Positions 59,470 through 64,000 of a DNA stretch of 64,000 bases are shown piece after piece (within the stretch, counting starts at the first letter, position 1; each line of letters opens with the position of its first letter). This DNA is from an uncultured archaeon. Its GTDB lineage: Archaea; Asgardarchaeota; Lokiarchaeia; Sigyniarchaeales; SOKP01. The stretch is taken from contig CAZALK010000013.1 of NCBI GenBank assembly GCA_964486045.1, positions 78,841-142,840 on the forward strand, read 5' to 3'. A program made the translations under genes and the position numbers. The notes beneath the pieces are model-generated. The model made no database searches, was not told where the DNA came from, and was given only the letters and a program-made list of their open reading frames with translations.

Positions 59470-61254
59470 ATGAGTAGGAATAAGGAAAAGAGTAAAGGAT
59501 ATCGGAAGTGGCTTTTTAAACATTTATATAAACAATTGTATTTAGTAGTACTAGTACTTCTAGGAATTTTTTTTGTTAGTCTGACCCTTACTTTAATTCC
59601 TATTATAATCGGTGACATAATTGACAATGTTCTTCTTGTCCGTGATTTAGCAAATTTATTGTTTATGCTAGCAATTGGGCTTATTGTGTCTCTTCTTTAC
59701 GCAGTATCAGATTATGGTGTTATGATGTTGGGACACTTTCTTGGTTTAAAGGTTGAGAAAAATATGAGGCAAGAATTTTTCGATACCATTCAATTAAAGT
59801 CGTTAAGTTATCATGATAATGTAAGAACAGGTGATTTGCTAGCTTTAGCAACTAATGATGTTCGAGTAATTAACACAATGCTAGCTCATGGGAGTTTTTT
59901 TATTTATCCCTTTATGCAAATTTTCATAACAATATATCTGTTGATTGAGTTCTTAGATTATCGCTTAGCTTTAATTTGCATTCCATTTATATTTTCTTAC
60001 ATTCACTTTGTATTTGATTATCGCAAAAGACTTTCTCCTTATGTGACTAACCAAATGACTCAGTATTCAAATCTAGCGGTTGTTTTGCAAGACAGTATTA
60101 GTGGTGCTAGTGTTGTTAGAGCATTTAACGCTGAGAAGTTAGAACGAAAAAAGTTTACCCTCGCCGTACGTTCTTTTAAGAATATTTTTGTCGGAAAATA
60201 TAGAGTTCAAGCCAAATATTATCCTCTCCTAGCTATTAACCTTGTAATCGGGAGTACTTTTTTTATTGGATCTATCTTTGCTTTTCAAGGAACTCTAGAA
60301 GTAGGAGATTTAGTTGCTACAAATTTACTATTAATAGCACTTTTAGAGCCTACCAGAATGATCCATTGGTCAACCAACGACATGATGAGTGGATTTGCTG
60401 CTTGTTCCCGTTTGTATAGTTCTCTAATTGAAGGAGAAAATGAAGATAGACAAAATGAATATGAGGAATGGCCAAAGGAATTCAAAGGAAAAATTGAATT
60501 TAATAATGTTACTTTTATTCATCAAAATGAAAATAAAAATCTACGCCCTACTCTCAACAATTTGAACTTTGTTATTGAACCATTTCAGAGAGTTGCACTT
60601 GTAGGTCCTACAGGGTGTGGAAAATCCACCCTTGCAAAGTTAATCTTATCCCTTTATAGCCCACAAAAAGGTTCAATTCTATTGGATGGAATAGACATTC
60701 AGAATTATCCTCTCCAAACTTTAAGAAAAAATATTGGTTACATTGAGCAAGAAATTTATCTTTATCCTAGGTCAATAAAAGAAAACATAACTTTTGGCAA
60801 ACCAGAAGCATCAGAGGAAGAAATGCTGGATGCCGCTAAGTTAGCTCAAGTACATGAGTTTGTGAGAAATTTTCCTAAAGGGTATGAAACTATTGTTGGA
60901 GAAAGAGGAACAAGGCTTTCTGGGGGAGAAAAACAGCGAGTAGCAATCGCTCGAGCCTTTTTAACCGATCCTGCGATTCTCATACTTGATGATTCTGTAT
61001 CCGCTGTTGATAGTGAAACAGAAGAGAGAATAGGACGTGCTATGGAAAATATTTTAAAAAATAGGACAACAATAATCATAACACACAGACTGCATACAAT
61101 AAGAACCTCTGATAAAATAATCGTACTCAAACATGGAGAAATAGTAGCGGAGGGTAATCATAAGGAATTACTACAAAGTTCGGAGGATTATCGACGAATT
61201 TTCGGTAAAAAATTAACTTTAACAGAATCTAAAATTAAGGTGAAAAGAGGATAA
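59470..61254 (+). CDS. ABC exporter, fused TMD-NBD, subunit A of a heterodimer
   Basis: 6 TM segments, GPTGCGKS, LSGGEKQ and degenerate Walker B ILDDS. Confidence 0.95.
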   Translation: MSRNKEKSKGYRKWLFKHLYKQLYLVVLVLLGIFFVSLTLTLIPIIIGDIIDNVLLVRDLANLLFMLAIGLIVSLLYAVSDYGVMMLGHFLGLKVEKNMRQEFFDTIQLKSLSYHDNVRTGDLLALATNDVRVINTMLAHGSFFIYPFMQIFITIYLLIEFLDYRLALICIPFIFSYIHFVFDYRKRLSPYVTNQMTQYSNLAVVLQDSISGASVVRAFNAEKLERKKFTLAVRSFKNIFVGKYRVQAKYYPLLAINLVIGSTFFIGSIFAFQGTLEVGDLVATNLLLIALLEPTRMIHWSTNDMMSGFAACSRLYSSLIEGENEDRQNEYEEWPKEFKGKIEFNNVTFIHQNENKNLRPTLNNLNFVIEPFQRVALVGPTGCGKSTLAKLILSLYSPQKGSILLDGIDIQNYPLQTLRKNIGYIEQEIYLYPRSIKENITFGKPEASEEEMLDAAKLAQVHEFVRNFPKGYETIVGERGTRLSGGEKQRVAIARAFLTDPAILILDDSVSAVDSETEERIGRAMENILKNRTTIIITHRLHTIRTSDKIIVLKHGEIVAEGNHKELLQSSEDYRRIFGKKLTLTESKIKVKRG

Positions 61255-61260
61255 ATTAAA

Positions 61261-63054
61261 TTGGGACTCTATGCAGGATTATTGGCAGAAGAACATAAAA
61301 GAAGATATTCAGATCGTGAACTATTTATTAGATATATTAAAAGAATTGCTCCCTTTAAAAAAAGTGTTATTCGTATTGCACTCTTTATTGTAATTTCAGC
61401 ACTAGCGGATATTTTTAGCCCTCTATTATTGGGATTTGGTGTTGATGAATTAGCAAAAACAAATCCGAATATTTTCTTAGTGATTAGTGCTACCATTGTA
61501 TATATTTTGTTATATGTTATTATATGGGTCATGTTCTTCATGCAATACAGGGAAATGGCGAAATTTGTTCCCTCATTTTCACAAAAGCTCCGCGAAGATA
61601 TTTTTGATAAATTGCAAGAACAAGATATGAGTTTTTTTGACAAAGAACAGACTGGTGGATTAAATACAAGAGTTACTAATGACGTCGGGGATTTTGGGAA
61701 TATAACTTTCTTAATAGTAGAGACTATTGGCAATCTTATTCTTAGTGGTTTAACATTTGCAATATTGTTGTTGCTAAACTTATCTCTTGCACTAATTGCC
61801 TTAGCTAGCGTACCCTTAATTTTAGTGATTATGTTCTCTCTTAGAAAGCTAGCTAGAGTTGTAAGCAGAGCATATAGAGAATCTCTTGATAATGTCAATA
61901 TTGCAATGGTTGAATTAGTAGAGGGAATACATGTTTGTAAAAGCTATAGTCAGGAGGTTATAGTTTCTGAACGCTTTAACGAAATTAATAAAAAGTATTT
62001 TAAAAATGGATTTAAATTAACCGCTGTAACCCATTTGTGGAGGAGGCTTCTTGGAATTTTATCAACAATTACGTTTTTAATCATTATGTATGTGGGTGGA
62101 CAACTTGTTTTCAGTTATACAATAACTCCTGGAAGAGTTTTTATCTTTTACCTCTACTTACCAAGATTTTTCCGCCCAATAATGGTGTTAGCTACGTTTT
62201 TTCCTCAATTTAGTACAGGTATGGCTGCATACGAGCGAATTCTTGGTGTTCTTGATTCAAAACCATTTGTTACTCAATATCCTACTGCCTTTGAGGTTGG
62301 TGAATTAGAAGGAGAGATTGAATTCGAAAATGTAGATTTTAGCTACAATAATGATGAATGGGTTTTTAAGGGGTTGAATCTTAAAATTGTAAAGGGAGAG
62401 AAACTTGCCATAGTTGGGCATACTGGTTCAGGAAAAACATCCTTAATTTCACTTCTTGCACGATATTATGAATTTCAAGGGGGTTCAATTAAGATTGATG
62501 GAATAGATATTAGAAATATGAAATTGGAATCATACAGAAAAAATATTGGCATAGTTCAGCAAGATGTTTTTCTTTTTTCAGGAACAATAGAAGAAAACAT
62601 CCGGTATGGAAGACGAGATGCTTCCGAAGAAGACTTATGGAAAGCAGTCAGGACAGTCCATGCGGAAGAACTGATTGAATATTTACCGGAAGGATTTCAA
62701 ACTCAGGTAGGGGAAAGAGGAAAAGGAGTTTCAGTTGGCCAAAGACAACTTATCAGTTTTGCTCGAGCATTACTTACTAATCCGAAAATTCTCATTCTTG
62801 ATGAAGCTACTTCAAGCGTAGATGCTTATACTGAAGCAATCATTCAGGAGGCTCTTGAAGTACTTTTATCAGATCGAACTTCAATTATCATCGCACATAG
62901 GCTCTCTACTATTGTCAATGCTGACCGAATCATTGTAATGGATCATGGTAAAATTGTAGAACAAGGAACTCATGAATCCTTACTTTCGCAGGGAGGTAAT
63001 TATGCTCAATTATATAAGAAATACTTTGAACATCAAAAATTAGATTTAACTTAA
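61261..63054 (+). CDS. ABC exporter, fused TMD-NBD, subunit B of a heterodimer
   Basis: GHTGSGKT, degenerate signature VSVGQ, ILDEATS and IAHRLST. Confidence 0.95.
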   Translation: MGLYAGLLAEEHKRRYSDRELFIRYIKRIAPFKKSVIRIALFIVISALADIFSPLLLGFGVDELAKTNPNIFLVISATIVYILLYVIIWVMFFMQYREMAKFVPSFSQKLREDIFDKLQEQDMSFFDKEQTGGLNTRVTNDVGDFGNITFLIVETIGNLILSGLTFAILLLLNLSLALIALASVPLILVIMFSLRKLARVVSRAYRESLDNVNIAMVELVEGIHVCKSYSQEVIVSERFNEINKKYFKNGFKLTAVTHLWRRLLGILSTITFLIIMYVGGQLVFSYTITPGRVFIFYLYLPRFFRPIMVLATFFPQFSTGMAAYERILGVLDSKPFVTQYPTAFEVGELEGEIEFENVDFSYNNDEWVFKGLNLKIVKGEKLAIVGHTGSGKTSLISLLARYYEFQGGSIKIDGIDIRNMKLESYRKNIGIVQQDVFLFSGTIEENIRYGRRDASEEDLWKAVRTVHAEELIEYLPEGFQTQVGERGKGVSVGQRQLISFARALLTNPKILILDEATSSVDAYTEAIIQEALEVLLSDRTSIIIAHRLSTIVNADRIIVMDHGKIVEQGTHESLLSQGGNYAQLYKKYFEHQKLDLT

Positions 63055-63186
63055 TCCTTTTCTAAGTTTAAATCAGATCTTGTGATTATTAAATAAATAA
63101 AAATAAATAAATCTAATTCTATGAATATTTCAAGGATTTTATTTTCTAAATGATAATTAATTATCACTAACTAAAGGTAATTCAAC

Positions 63187-64000
63187 TTGAGCAGTAATGA
63201 AAAGCAATTGTTCGAAAAAATAGATACAATGGATCAAGAAAAAGCGGTAGAATCTCTTCTCTCTATCTTAACAACCTCCAAGAATTTAGAGAATAAAGTA
63301 AAATCGGTTGAAATTTTAGCAAACTTTGAAGATAGTAAGAATTCACGATTGCAGGACATAAAAGATACATTTTTAAATGACAGGCATCCTCAATTACGTA
63401 TAAAATTAATTGATCTGTTCGGCACGATTTATGGGAATGAGGGTATTAAATTTTTAAAAGAACAGTATAAAAACTGTAATGATGGTACCGTAAGGAAAAC
63501 CCTTATTAACGAGATTGGAAATTTAGATCTTAATGGTTCAATACCTTTCTTCATCGAATTTTTAGGTGATCCAAATATTGAGGTAAGAGAGTTATCAATT
63601 ACCCTTTTGGGAAAATCTGGTAGCAAAGAAGCTTTGGTACCGTTAATTGAGCGACTGCACTTTAGAAGTGCTGAAATATATGATCCACTAATTAAATCAA
63701 TTGTTAAAATCGGAAAAAAAGGAAACCAACAGGTAATATATGATTATATAGACACAGATGATGTAAATATTAAAAGGGAAATTCCTGTTATCTTAGGAAA
63801 AATGGGAAATAAGGAGAGTGAAACCGTTCTAATTAATTTTCTCAGAGACGAAAACCCACTTATTAGAAAAAATTCTCTAAAAGCCTTAGAAAATATAATT
63901 GAACTTAAAAATATAAAAAATATTTTAGTAACACTTAATGATCAAGACATAGATGTGAGAAAGGAATCTATTCGAGTTCTAGGAACTATTGGAAGTAAAA
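63187..64000 (+). CDS. HEAT-repeat (PBS lyase-like) protein, 3'-partial; absent from the ORF track
   Basis: TTG start after AAAGGTAA; the frame stays open to the window end with GDPNIEVRELSITLLGKSG..ALVPLI, RDENPLIRKNS and NDQDIDVRKE repeats. Confidence 0.85.
   Translation, partial: MSSNEKQLFEKIDTMDQEKAVESLLSILTTSKNLENKVKSVEILANFEDSKNSRLQDIKDTFLNDRHPQLRIKLIDLFGTIYGNEGIKFLKEQYKNCNDGTVRKTLINEIGNLDLNGSIPFFIEFLGDPNIEVRELSITLLGKSGSKEALVPLIERLHFRSAEIYDPLIKSIVKIGKKGNQQVIYDYIDTDDVNIKREIPVILGKMGNKESETVLINFLRDENPLIRKNSLKALENIIELKNIKNILVTLNDQDIDVRKESIRVLGTIGSK

Noticed and set aside
59470-63054. Degenerate ATPase motifs in the ABC exporter pair as a novelty
   Set aside because: One degenerate nucleotide-binding site is the normal state of heterodimeric ABC exporters

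Overview
AT-rich archaeal chromosomal DNA, most likely an Asgard archaeon of the Lokiarchaeia type. The lineage call is an inference from archaeal core genes (AglB, aIF5B, class I CCA-adding enzyme, aEF-2, TFB, Taw1) together with several Rab/Arf/Rag-like small GTPases, alpha-solenoid proteins and a longin-like remnant. Bacterial-type genes (uvrAB, thrH, sugar ABC transporter, acs, heterodimeric ABC exporter) are interspersed. No tRNA, rRNA, CRISPR array, transposase or integrase was recognised. Main finding: the EF-2 gene starts at 13088, not 13262. Its GTP-binding P-loop (AH|IDHGKTT) is interrupted by a 30-nt insert (13178-13207) with three in-frame stops. The insert folds into a bulge-helix-bulge-type structure whose predicted tRNA-splicing-endonuclease cut sites fall exactly on the insert boundaries. 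This is a candidate tRNA-type mRNA intron in a translation factor. Second theme: three accessory segments are each bracketed by a duplicated end of a conserved gene (EF-2 3' end, larC 5' end, acs 3' end), with no mobility gene nearby. Several genes in or beside these segments are disrupted.
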